Source of the DNA: a virus
Taxonomy: Duplodnaviria > Caudoviricetes
IMG/VR virus record: IMGVR_UViG_3300048089_000093
Coordinates: 21,241-85,240 of that record
Strand: one strand, 5' to 3'
DNA: 64,000 nt
How positions within the stretch are numbered: the first letter of the stretch is position 1; every line of letters begins with the position of its first letter. A program made the translations under genes and the position numbers. The notes under the pieces are model-generated. The model was not told the DNA's origin and made no database searches. It saw only the letters and a list, made by a program, of their open reading frames with translations. Shown piece after piece: positions 1 through 9,527 of this stretch.

Positions 1-3000
1 ATCACCGGCGAGTGGTCGCGCTTTGGCGGGTCGGTCACCCGACTGCTGACCCTCTCGGGCACGTTCGACGGCGTCCTTGGGCTGGTAGGCGGCTCGATCC
101 TCGCCACCGGCCTCGCGATGGGTGCGCTCGCCGCCGCCGCGGTAAAGGGCGCGTCCGACCAGAACCAGCTGAACCTCGCGCTCGCTCAGACCGGCAACTA
201 TGCGGGTGTGACCGAGAGCGGCCTGAACGACATCGCTGAGTCGGCTACCCACATGGGCGGCACGATCGGCGAAGCTCGCGAGACCGTCCTGCAACTGGCG
301 CAGTCGGGCCGCTACACAGCTGACCAGATCAAACTGATCGCGGATGCCGCGTCGGCGATCGGCGGCGCTGGCGGCAACGTCGAGAACTTCCTGAAGCAGA
401 TCGACGGGCTGAAGGACAACCCGACAGACGGCGTCTACAAGCTCAACGAGCAGTTCCACTTCCTGACGGCCTCGACGTACGAGGCCATCGCCGCAGCCGA
501 GCGCCACGGCGACGCGATCAAGGCGTCGCAGCTCGCCATCGAGGCGTTCGCTGACACGCAGGAAGAACGCGGCAAGCAGGTGATCGAGAACGCCGGGCTC
601 ATCACGCGCGCGTGGCACGGCGTGAAGGACGCGATCAGCGAGGCGCTCGACAAGCTGCTGTCGATCGGCAAGGTCGAGACGACCGCCGAGAAAATCGCCA
701 CGCTGACGGCCAAGATCCAGGAGGTCAAGAACCGGCCAATCGGCGAGTACGGGATCAACGACACTTCCGGCATGGAACGCGACCTCGCGGACCTGCAGAA
801 GAAGATGGAGTTAGAGAACCAAAATGCGCAGACTCAAGGCAAGCTGGCTGAGGCCACGCTCAAGCAGGTGCAGGCTACGAAGCTGCTCGACGCGGAGCGC
901 AAGAAGCTGCGTACGCCGGCCGACAAGCGCAGGGACGAGGAGGAACTGCTCCGCAAGGGGCTCGCGCCGCTAGTCGGCCTGCCCGCGGATCAGGGCGGCA
1001 TCACGCAGAAGGACGTTGACGACCTCGTCGCGAAGGCTGCGCTCAAGTATCACGACAAGGCACCCAAGCGCGGTCACATCGACCCGACCGACTACAACGC
1101 TGCGCAGGAGCAGGCCAAACTCGACGCGGACGCGCTGAAGAACGCGCAGGATCTGCTCAACATCCGCAAGCAACTTGGGCTCGCAATCAGTGAGGAGAGC
1201 TACGCACATATCGAGCAGCTCGCCCTCATTGCGCAGGAGTCCGACTACGAGTCGCGCCGCGAGAAGATCCTCAAAGAGATCAAGAACGCCGAGCGCAACG
1301 GCAACCCGAACAGCAAGCGGCAGCTGCTGGACGAACTCGACATTCTGGACGAGCAGAACGACGCGAAGAAAAAGCAGATCGAGCTGGACTATGACCGCGA
1401 CGAGGTGCAGCGGAACATCCAGCGCGCGCTGCTCAACATCTCGACGATCGAGAACTCACGCACGGCGATCCTGCAGGCGCAGGACGCGCTCTACGGCAAC
1501 GCTGCCAGTATGGATACGGCGCGGCTGGACGCACTCGTCGAACGCGTCACGATCGAGAAGGCCCAGTATGACCAGGCGCTGCAGATGGAGCAGCTCAAGG
1601 ACTCGGGCGCCAGCGCGGACGAAGTGGCGTACGCACGCGAGGCCAACAGCCTGAAGCTCGCGCAGCAGATCTTCGAGATCGAGAAGGAGCGGCAGAAACT
1701 GCTGATGGACAACGCGTTCACGATTCAGAACGTGTACCAGCAGACGCTCAACTCGATCGACGCGCAGATCGCGGCGCTGGAGAAGGGCCGCACGACGCTC
1801 GCCGACCAGGCGGTGACGGGTTTCTCGGGCGGCTTCCAGAACGCGAACAACGCGCTGTTCCAGTCGTTCAAGAGCAAGGACGCCGCGAACAAGTTCACGG
1901 CGCAGAACTACACCGGCGAGATCGGCAGCTCGATCTACGACTCGATCACCAAGAGCCTGTCGCAGGAGCTGACGGAGTCCACGCTGAAGGGCTTCCAGGG
2001 GCTGCTGAAGACGACCGGCGCTGTGTCGCAGGCCGACGTCGCGCGCGACAAGGCGCAGCAGGATCTGGCGCTAAACACGCAGACGATGACGCAGGCGTTG
2101 TCGATCACGATCCCCGAGAAGCTCGACCAGCTGATCGGGCTGAACAACGGCACGATCACGCCGACCGGGCCGGTGGGCAACGCCGCACTCACGGGGGGTG
2201 CGCGGGCCGACGCCAATGCAGCAAGTGGCACGCTCGGCGCGGCCGACTTCACATCGCCCGAGGACGCCGCAAAGCTCTACCAGAGCACAGCCTCTGGCGC
2301 GGGCAAGGCCACCAACGCGATGTCGCAGTTCGGGCAGACCTCGGACAGCGTGCTCTCGCAGTTCGGGCTGACTGCGTCGAGCGCGGCGGGGCTGCTGTAC
2401 ACCGGCGTAGTCGCGGCAACTTCGGGCAGCTCCAAGGCGATCAAGAACTACGTGGTCTACGCGACGGCGCAGCTGCTCGAACTGTACGCGATCCAGAAGT
2501 TGGTCGGTCTATTCGGGTCGGCCGCGGGCGGGGGGATCAACGGCGCAGGCGTGCAGGTAGGCGCGGTAGCGACGCCGACAGTGACGGCCACCCCGCTCTA
2601 CGCCGACGGCGTCGCATCGGTCGACAAGGACGGCTACATCACGGCGCCGGGCGGCCCGCGCGACGACCGCGGCCTCGCATGGCTGTCGAACGGCGAGTCG
2701 GTGCTGACGGCTGCGGCCACGAAGTACTACGGCGCCGATCGCATCGCACGCATGAACAAGATGTCGCTGCCGCGCTTCGCTGACGGCCGCGTAGGCGCCG
2801 GCGCCGGTAGCGGCGCAGGCGGCTCGGGCATCTCCATCCAGATCGACGTCGATGCGTCAGGCGGAAAGGGGGGCAACAGCTCAGTGCAAGACGCGGCCCA
2901 GTCAGGGCAGCTGTCCCGTGAGCTGGAGAGTTCTGTACTCCAGGTGTTCCAGAAGTACTCGGGTCAGGGCGGCCCGATCTACACCACCATCAAACAGATC

Positions 3001-3012
3001 GCAGGACGGTAG
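1..3012 (+). CDS. Tail tape measure protein (5' end outside window)
   Basis: Frame 1 is open from base 1 to the stop at 3012. Long helical Ala/Gln/Glu-rich protein with a lambda-type TMP C-terminus (YADG...GGPRDD...WLSNGESV) directly upstream of minor tail genes. Confidence 0.92.
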   Translation: MTGEWSRFGGSVTRLLTLSGTFDGVLGLVGGSILATGLAMGALAAAAVKGASDQNQLNLALAQTGNYAGVTESGLNDIAESATHMGGTIGEARETVLQLAQSGRYTADQIKLIADAASAIGGAGGNVENFLKQIDGLKDNPTDGVYKLNEQFHFLTASTYEAIAAAERHGDAIKASQLAIEAFADTQEERGKQVIENAGLITRAWHGVKDAISEALDKLLSIGKVETTAEKIATLTAKIQEVKNRPIGEYGINDTSGMERDLADLQKKMELENQNAQTQGKLAEATLKQVQATKLLDAERKKLRTPADKRRDEEELLRKGLAPLVGLPADQGGITQKDVDDLVAKAALKYHDKAPKRGHIDPTDYNAAQEQAKLDADALKNAQDLLNIRKQLGLAISEESYAHIEQLALIAQESDYESRREKILKEIKNAERNGNPNSKRQLLDELDILDEQNDAKKKQIELDYDRDEVQRNIQRALLNISTIENSRTAILQAQDALYGNAASMDTARLDALVERVTIEKAQYDQALQMEQLKDSGASADEVAYAREANSLKLAQQIFEIEKERQKLLMDNAFTIQNVYQQTLNSIDAQIAALEKGRTTLADQAVTGFSGGFQNANNALFQSFKSKDAANKFTAQNYTGEIGSSIYDSITKSLSQELTESTLKGFQGLLKTTGAVSQADVARDKAQQDLALNTQTMTQALSITIPEKLDQLIGLNNGTITPTGPVGNAALTGGARADANAASGTLGAADFTSPEDAAKLYQSTASGAGKATNAMSQFGQTSDSVLSQFGLTASSAAGLLYTGVVAATSGSSKAIKNYVVYATAQLLELYAIQKLVGLFGSAAGGGINGAGVQVGAVATPTVTATPLYADGVASVDKDGYITAPGGPRDDRGLAWLSNGESVLTAAATKYYGADRIARMNKMSLPRFADGRVGAGAGSGAGGSGISIQIDVDASGGKGGNSSVQDAAQSGQLSRELESSVLQVFQKYSGQGGPIYTTIKQIAGR

Positions 3013-3014
3013 TA

Positions 3015-3368
3015 ATGGCGAGTGACCTCGAAATCTATGACTGGCTCGTGACCTACGGCGCGAAGAACACGGTCACGCCTGACGTCCTTTCCGCAGTGTT
3101 CGGCGACGGCTACTCGCAGGACATCCCTGACGGCATCAACTCGACCGCGGACTCGTGGAGCATCACCTCCAGACTGTCGCCTTCTGACGCCGATGACGCA
3201 TTCGAGTTTCTCCGCAGGCAGCGTGGCGCTACGCGGTTCTGGTGGACGCCGCCGCGCTACGTCAGCCCGATCAAGGTGAAGACGACGGGAGCTATCGAGA
3301 AGGGCGAGGAGAGCGCGGGGTTCGTCACCGTGACAGCCACATTCAAGCAGGTTTTTGATCCGGACTGA
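3015..3368 (+). CDS. Minor tail protein, lambda gpM-like
   Basis: FGDGYSQ...GIN and F.WTPP motifs, 117 aa, follows the TMP. Confidence 0.85.
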   Translation: MASDLEIYDWLVTYGAKNTVTPDVLSAVFGDGYSQDIPDGINSTADSWSITSRLSPSDADDAFEFLRRQRGATRFWWTPPRYVSPIKVKTTGAIEKGEESAGFVTVTATFKQVFDPD

Positions 3369-3372
3369 TGCC

Positions 3373-4074
3373 ATGACCACGACTAACACACTCCAGGCTG
3401 AGGTGATGAAGCTCGCGCCCGACGCGCTGATCGAGCTTTACATCCTGGACCTCAACACGATTGGCGTCGCCGCGATCGAATACTTCCATTGCGGCACGAA
3501 CGAGAACCGCCAGCCTGTTGTGTTTCAGGGCATCACCTACCAGCCTTTCCCGGTGCAGGTGACTGGGTTCGAAATGAACGGCCAGGGGCAGCTGCCGACG
3601 CCGAAGCTGGCCGTGAGCAACACGAACGGGGCGATCTCGCAGACGATCCTCCAGTATCAGGACATGGTCGGTGCGAAGGTCACGCGCAAGCGCACCTTCG
3701 CGAAGTTCCTCGACGGAGAGCCCGACGCGAACCCGACGCAGGAGTTCCCGCTCGACGTCTACTACGTCGGCCGCAAGACGGCGGAGAACGGCGACATCGT
3801 GCAGTTCGACCTGGTGAGCACCTTCGACCTCACCGGAATCACCCTGCCGTCTCGGCAGATCATCCAGAACAGCTGCACGTGGGTCTACAAGAGCGCGGAG
3901 TGCAGCTGGGTGCCCGTCACTGGCTACTACTTCGACGCGAACGATCAGCCAGTCCTGCCGGGCGCGGACATTTGTGGCAAGCGGCTCGACAGCTGCAAAT
4001 GCCGGTTCGCGCGCTTCGGCACCAACCCTGACCTCCCCTTTGGGGGCTTCCCCGGAGTACGCCGCTATGTCTGA
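3373..4074 (+). CDS. Minor tail protein, lambda gpL-like
   Basis: LIELY.LD, YQPFPVQ.TGFE.NG.G.LP.P, Cys-rich C-terminus (C.W.Y...EC, D.CGK....C..RF, PFGGFPG). ATG 3373 chosen over 3355. Confidence 0.9.
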   Translation: MTTTNTLQAEVMKLAPDALIELYILDLNTIGVAAIEYFHCGTNENRQPVVFQGITYQPFPVQVTGFEMNGQGQLPTPKLAVSNTNGAISQTILQYQDMVGAKVTRKRTFAKFLDGEPDANPTQEFPLDVYYVGRKTAENGDIVQFDLVSTFDLTGITLPSRQIIQNSCTWVYKSAECSWVPVTGYYFDANDQPVLPGADICGKRLDSCKCRFARFGTNPDLPFGGFPGVRRYV

Positions 4075-4810
4075 CGTTGACCTGATCCGAACGATGCTGG
4101 CTCTGGCCGAGCAGGAGAAAGAGGTACACCCGGACAGACAGCTCGAACGCTGCGGGGTGATCGTAGAGCGCGGCGACACGCGCGAGCTGATCGAGTGCGC
4201 CAACGTCTCGACCGAGCCCCACCAGCAGTTCCGGATCGCGGCGCTGGAGTGGGCGCGGCTCATCGTTGACGAGAAGGTCGTCGCGGTATGGCACACGCAC
4301 CCCACCACGCCAGCCGAGCCTACCCAGGCGGATCTCGTGTATCTCGAACGCACGGGCCTGCCGTGGCACATCGTGAGCGGGCTGGACCAAAGCCACAGCC
4401 TCACGCTGCCGACGGGCTACGTCGCTCCCTACGAGGGGCGCGAGTTCTACCACGGGACGCTGGACTGCTACGCACTCTGCCGGGACTGGTACAAGCGGGA
4501 GCTGGGGATCGACCTTCCCGACGTGGACCGCGAATACCTGTGGTGGAACAAGGGCGCGAATCTGTACATCGACCAGTTCAAACAGCACGGCTTCGTCGAA
4601 GTCGCGCCCGAGGTCGATGTGAAAAATCTGCGCCGCGGCGATGGGCTGCTGATGCAAGTCGCCTCACGTGTTCCGAATCATGGTGCAATTTACCTCGGCG
4701 ACGGTAAAATCCTGCACCACGTACAAGATAAGCTGTCCGAAATAACAAACTACGGTGGCGACTGGTTCAAGAGGACTACTCACCACCTACGACACTCAAG
4801 CCAGCTATGA
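4067..4810 (+). CDS. Tail tip assembly protein, gpK-like (MPN/JAB + NlpC/P60)
   Basis: E.CG, WHTH, D motif of the JAB domain; DCY and NH.AIYLG...ILHH of NlpC/P60. ATG 4067 overlaps the gpL stop. Confidence 0.9.
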   Translation: MSDVDLIRTMLALAEQEKEVHPDRQLERCGVIVERGDTRELIECANVSTEPHQQFRIAALEWARLIVDEKVVAVWHTHPTTPAEPTQADLVYLERTGLPWHIVSGLDQSHSLTLPTGYVAPYEGREFYHGTLDCYALCRDWYKRELGIDLPDVDREYLWWNKGANLYIDQFKQHGFVEVAPEVDVKNLRRGDGLLMQVASRVPNHGAIYLGDGKILHHVQDKLSEITNYGGDWFKRTTHHLRHSSQL

Positions 4811-5454
4811 GCCGCCACATTGACAACACGACGATTGAGGTGATCCTTGGCGGCGGCCTCGGCGATCGCTATGGGCGCAGTCACGAGCTGGTCGCCAGCA
4901 CCCCCATCGAGGCGTTCAAGCTGCTGTGCATGAACTACCCGGAGTTCAAGCAGGAGTTCATCGACGCGTCGCTGGCCGGCGCCGAGTACCAGCTCGTGGT
5001 CGACGACCGACGCGGCGTGGGAGAGATGGAGCTGACGATGCCTGTGGGCGGCCGGAAGCTCGTGATCGCCCCGGTGCTCGCCGGCGCCGGCGGGAAGATG
5101 TTCAGCGCGATCGAAGCGGTAGTCGGCGTGATTATTCTGGCTGTCGCCTGGTGGAACCCTCTCGGGTGGGCGGCAGGCGGCGCTCTGATGGCCGCTGCGG
5201 TCGGCACCGGCGTGTCCCTGACGCTCGGCGGCATCACAGGGCTGCTGACCACGGTCCCGAAGGCCAATAGCGCGGCGGCCGGCGGGGACAGCCTCAGCTC
5301 CTTCTACTTCAACGGCGCTGCCAATACGCAGCAGCAGGGCGCTCCGGTGACGCTCGTCTACGGCCGCATGCTGGTCGGCTCGACGGCCATCTCGGCCTCG
5401 CTACAGGCGATCGACATGTCGCAGGCACCAGCTGAAACGGGGAACCTCTCTTGA
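4807..5454 (+). CDS. Tail assembly protein, gpI-like
   Basis: L.G.LG.RYG start, central hydrophobic segment, FNGA.NT..QG.PV.LVYG...VGS. Confidence 0.88.
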   Translation: MSRHIDNTTIEVILGGGLGDRYGRSHELVASTPIEAFKLLCMNYPEFKQEFIDASLAGAEYQLVVDDRRGVGEMELTMPVGGRKLVIAPVLAGAGGKMFSAIEAVVGVIILAVAWWNPLGWAAGGALMAAAVGTGVSLTLGGITGLLTTVPKANSAAAGGDSLSSFYFNGAANTQQQGAPVTLVYGRMLVGSTAISASLQAIDMSQAPAETGNLS

Positions 5455-8400
5455 ACGCTCGCGTACCCTTCAACAGGCTCCCGCTCGCGGGCGGTATCCC
5501 TGCCCCGAAACGCGTCATCGCGCGCATCCCGAACGAGCCGCCCCGCGGCGCCGGTGGCGGCGGCAAAACAGGCGGCGGCTCAGGCACGACCCCGACGGAA
5601 GATCCGGATTCGCTGCAGTCCGTCGCCTTCGTATCGGTGCTCGACCTGCTGTGCGAGGGCGAAATCCAGGGGCTGGTGAAAGGCGGCTTCAACCCGAGCG
5701 TGGCCGGCGTGGAGTCGGACTCGATCTTTCTGGACAACGTGCCGGTCACGTCCAACGGCGCGCCGAATTTCAACGGCTACACGGTGGCGTGGGTCAACGG
5801 CACACAGGCGCAGGGCGTCATCCCCGGATTCGGCTCGGTCTACTCAGCCGTGAATCTCGGCTCCGAGGTCAAGGCCGGCGTGCCGATTCAGGCGTCGGTC
5901 GACAACCCGGAAGCGAACGCTGTGGTCGTCACGGCGTCGGTGGCGCAGCTGTACACAGTCAATACGTCCACGGGCGACGTCAAGGGATCAACAGTAGACC
6001 TGGTCTTCGAATACAGGCCCACGGGCAGCGTCACGTGGATTCAGGGCGCTGCGCTGACGATCACGGGCAAGACGCGCAGCAAGTATCAGCGCAGCCTGCG
6101 CTTCGATCTGACCGGCGCTGGTCCGTGGATCGTACGTTGCCGCCGCATCACCGCAGACTCCACCAGCTCGTCGCTGGTGAACAACACCTACTTCGACGTG
6201 GTCGAGTCGGTAGTCGATCAGCGGCTGCGCTATCCGAACTCAGCGCTCGTCGGCCTGAACATCGACGCGCGGCAATTCAGCAGCGTGCCTTCGCGCAGCT
6301 ACCTGATCGACGGTCTCATCATCCGCGTGCCGAACAACTACGATCCGGATCTGCGCACCTACAGCGGGGCGTGGAACGGGGGCTTCAAGCTCGCCTTCTC
6401 GAACAACCCGGCGTGGTGCTTCTACGACCTTGTCTCGTCGACGCGCTACGGACTGGGCAATTATCTGAATGACGCGACCGTCGACAAGACCGCGCTGTAC
6501 CAGATCGGCCAGTACTGCGACGAGATGGTGCCCGACGGGTTCGGCGGCATGGAGCCGAGGTTCACCTGCAACATGGTGATCAACAACCCGAAGGAAGCTT
6601 ACCAGTGCATCCAGGACATGATCTCGATCTTCCGGGGCATGACCTACTGGGCGGCTGGCAACATTCTCGTGACGCAGGACGCGCCGAAGACGCCGGCGAA
6701 GAAATTCTCGCGCGCGAACGTCGTCGGCGGCAAGTTCACGTATCAGGGCACCGCGCTCAAGGATCGCCACAGCGTCGCGCTCGTGCGCTGGAACGACCCC
6801 GACCAGCAGTATCAGCAGAACACCGAGTACGTCGAGAACGCGGACGCCCTCGCCCGCTTCGGCGTGAAGGTCACCGAGATCATGGCGGTGGGCTGCACCT
6901 CGCGCGGGCAGGCTCACAGGCTCGGCCAGTGGGCTCTCCTGAGCGAGCTGGCCGACACCGACCAGGTGACGTTCCAGGCTGGTATGGACGCTGCGATGCT
7001 CACGCCAGGCGAGGTGATCTACGTCGCGGACCCGGTGCGCAGCTCGAAGCGCATTGGCGGTCGCGTGCTCAAGGCCGACCTGAACACCGTGACGCTGGAC
7101 GCGCCGGTGGTGCTCGACGCTGGTCAGACGTACTCTCTGCTCTACTACGACGGCAACGGCGACAGCTACCAGACGCAGGTGCTCAACACCGCCAACACGA
7201 CGGCGCTGCTGACCTTCACGGCGCCGGTGACGAATCCGCCGCAGCCGGGCTTCATGTGGGTGCTCACAGGTTCGAACCTCGTGCCGCAGACTTTTCGCGT
7301 CCTTAACGTTAAGGAGTCCGAAAAGAACCTGTTCGACGTCACGGCCGTCACCTACAACGCATCGAAGTACGCTGCGATCGACTTCAATACCAAGCTGCAG
7401 ATGCCGCCGGTTGGCTATGGCGACGCGCTCGGTGCCGCGATCCCGAAATTCTGGAGCCTGACAGAGACGACGTTCCTCGCGGCGCCCGGCGTGATCGGCT
7501 CGAAGATCATCATGAGCTGGTCGGGCAACACGACGCACTTCATGATCCAGTGGCGCGTGAACGGCGGCATCTGGATGAGCGACACGACGCGCACGCCGGG
7601 CTACGAGATCGACGGCGTGACCAAGGGCGACATCTACGACTTCAAGATCTACGGTATCGCCGCGGATGGCGCGCTGTCGGCCTCGCTCGACGAGACGTAC
7701 ACGATCAACGGCAGCAGTGCGCCGCCCGGTGCGCCGACGTCGCTCACCGCGCAGGCCGACTTCCGCTCGGCGAAACTGAACTGGGCTGCGCCGCCCGACC
7801 TCGACCTGGCTTACTTTCAGGTGGCGTGGGCGGGATCGAACAACCTCGCCGCGGCAGGCATCGTCGGCGACAAGATCGGCAGCACGAGCTGGACAGTGGG
7901 CACTCTGACGCCGACGGTGCCTGTCTACTTCTGGGTGCGCGCGGTCGACACGAGCGGCAACGTCGGGCCGTGGAACAGCAACGTCGGCACGGTCTGCGTG
8001 CCGCTGCAAGGCGGCACGCTCGACATCGAGAACCTGGCGGTCACCAACGCGAAGATCGCGAACGCAGCGATCGGCACGGCGCAGATCCAGAACGCTGCGA
8101 TCACCTCGGCGCTGATTGCCAACGCGCAGATCGTCGCGGCGCACATCGCCAACGCGCAGATCCAGAACGCACACATCCAGGATCTGTCGGTCAGTACGTT
8201 CAAGATCGGCGCGAACCAGGTGACGACGATGGTTTCAGTTTCGTCGGGCAACAACGTCTCGACGTCGTACACCGGCAGCGGCGGCATGATCCTCGTTCTC
8301 GCCAGCGGGCCTCTGAGTTCGGCCAGCACCGCGAGCGTTACCTTGAACGGCGGCGCCATCGCCAGCGGCACGATCAGTACAGGTGGCGGGACGACTGTCT

Positions 8401-8510
8401 CAACCATCACGCTCACCGCGGTGACCTCCTTTAACGGGACCGTGACGATGGCTACCACAGGGTTTGGCCTTGGCGTGACGACCCTAACCATGTTTGAGGC
8501 TAAACGATGA
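5451..8510 (+). CDS. Central tail fibre/host specificity protein, gpJ-like
   Basis: LLCEGEIQG, YPNSAL.G...DA.QF...P.R.Y, NPAW, EPRF.C, C.SRGQA.R.G.W; FN3-like segment and (I)ANAQI pentapeptide run near the C-terminus. TTG start overlaps the upstream TGA. Confidence 0.92.
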   Translation: MNARVPFNRLPLAGGIPAPKRVIARIPNEPPRGAGGGGKTGGGSGTTPTEDPDSLQSVAFVSVLDLLCEGEIQGLVKGGFNPSVAGVESDSIFLDNVPVTSNGAPNFNGYTVAWVNGTQAQGVIPGFGSVYSAVNLGSEVKAGVPIQASVDNPEANAVVVTASVAQLYTVNTSTGDVKGSTVDLVFEYRPTGSVTWIQGAALTITGKTRSKYQRSLRFDLTGAGPWIVRCRRITADSTSSSLVNNTYFDVVESVVDQRLRYPNSALVGLNIDARQFSSVPSRSYLIDGLIIRVPNNYDPDLRTYSGAWNGGFKLAFSNNPAWCFYDLVSSTRYGLGNYLNDATVDKTALYQIGQYCDEMVPDGFGGMEPRFTCNMVINNPKEAYQCIQDMISIFRGMTYWAAGNILVTQDAPKTPAKKFSRANVVGGKFTYQGTALKDRHSVALVRWNDPDQQYQQNTEYVENADALARFGVKVTEIMAVGCTSRGQAHRLGQWALLSELADTDQVTFQAGMDAAMLTPGEVIYVADPVRSSKRIGGRVLKADLNTVTLDAPVVLDAGQTYSLLYYDGNGDSYQTQVLNTANTTALLTFTAPVTNPPQPGFMWVLTGSNLVPQTFRVLNVKESEKNLFDVTAVTYNASKYAAIDFNTKLQMPPVGYGDALGAAIPKFWSLTETTFLAAPGVIGSKIIMSWSGNTTHFMIQWRVNGGIWMSDTTRTPGYEIDGVTKGDIYDFKIYGIAADGALSASLDETYTINGSSAPPGAPTSLTAQADFRSAKLNWAAPPDLDLAYFQVAWAGSNNLAAAGIVGDKIGSTSWTVGTLTPTVPVYFWVRAVDTSGNVGPWNSNVGTVCVPLQGGTLDIENLAVTNAKIANAAIGTAQIQNAAITSALIANAQIVAAHIANAQIQNAHIQDLSVSTFKIGANQVTTMVSVSSGNNVSTSYTGSGGMILVLASGPLSSASTASVTLNGGAIASGTISTGGGTTVSTITLTAVTSFNGTVTMATTGFGLGVTTLTMFEAKR

Positions 8511-8920
8511 GCGATACGACAGTTACGCGCGACGAGACGCAGACCGACTACACGATCGTGGACGCGGCGGGCCGTGTGCAACAGGTCGGCAACATGCCTG
8601 CGTGGATGGTCGCTGACCAGGACGCGCACGTGCCTGACGGTGGCCACATTCTGCCGGGCAGGGCTGATTTCTACGCAGACTATGCCGACAGCAGCACCAC
8701 GCCGTGGTCGCTGAAGGCACGCCCTCAAAACTCTGCAGTCCTGAGCGGTATGAAAATCTCTAACGTGCCGAACCCCTCTGCCGTTACAATCGGCGGCGAT
8801 GAGCCGGTCATGGTCACCGACGGCGAGGTCGAGCTGGAATTCACCCAGCCGGGCACGTTCGATATTAAGGTGTCCTCATGGCCTATGCTAGACGTAACCT
8901 TTAGCGTGACCGTGCCGTGA
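8507..8920 (+). CDS. Hypothetical tail-associated protein
   Basis: Coupled ORF after gpJ with genome-typical codon use. Confidence 0.6.
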   Translation: MSDTTVTRDETQTDYTIVDAAGRVQQVGNMPAWMVADQDAHVPDGGHILPGRADFYADYADSSTTPWSLKARPQNSAVLSGMKISNVPNPSAVTIGGDEPVMVTDGEVELEFTQPGTFDIKVSSWPMLDVTFSVTVP

Positions 8921-9111
8921 AGATCACACACAACCCCGACCATCGACCGCTGCGCGCGGCGGCGTACCCCAGCGTTGGCGACCAGCTTGACGCGCTGTGG
9001 AAGATCGTTGAAGCGCTGACGACACACACCGCTCCCCCGCCTGACGCGCTGGCGGTGTACGCGCAGGTGCAGTCGGTGAAGGCGAAGTACAGGAACAGGA
9101 GTACGAAATGA
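8917..9111 (+). CDS. Small tail-associated protein
   Basis: GTG start overlapping the upstream stop; R..AYPS.GDQLDALW motif typical of small phage tail proteins. Confidence 0.6.
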   Translation: MKITHNPDHRPLRAAAYPSVGDQLDALWKIVEALTTHTAPPPDALAVYAQVQSVKAKYRNRSTK

Positions 9112-9515
9112 GCGGCGCTGCATATGACCTGAAGATCGAGCAGGGGGACGACTGGAGCCCGATCTGGACGCTGCGCTATCGCGGCTCGCAGCAGCCCTTC
9201 GATCTTACGGGCTACACCGCGAAGATGCAGATCCGCTCGACCTACTACGCAGCGGCGAAGCTGGTCGACCTGGTGTCGCCGGCGGGAATCATCCTCGGCG
9301 GCGTCGCCGGAACGGTTCAGCCGGTGATCAGCGACGCTCAGACGATGACGCTGATCCCGGCAGGGGCGCCGGCCCCGAACCCGGTGAACGTCAAGATCAA
9401 CGACCGGGCGTACACGCTGGTAGGCGTGTACGACCTGAAGATCACCAGCGCAGGCGGCGTGACGACGACTGTCGCCGGTGGCCGTGTGCTCGTGTCGCCC
9501 GACGTAACCCGATAA
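9108..9515 (+). CDS. Hypothetical virion protein
   Basis: I.QGDD, FDLTGYTAKMQIR and VYDL motifs, as in phage tail-fibre adaptor-like proteins. Confidence 0.6.
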   Translation: MSGAAYDLKIEQGDDWSPIWTLRYRGSQQPFDLTGYTAKMQIRSTYYAAAKLVDLVSPAGIILGGVAGTVQPVISDAQTMTLIPAGAPAPNPVNVKINDRAYTLVGVYDLKITSAGGVTTTVAGGRVLVSPDVTR

Positions 9516-9527
9516 ACAGGACCAGAC

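Noticed and set aside
8020-8200. IANAQI pentapeptide run at the gpJ C-terminus
   Set aside because: Common feature of gpJ-type tail proteins; not novel.
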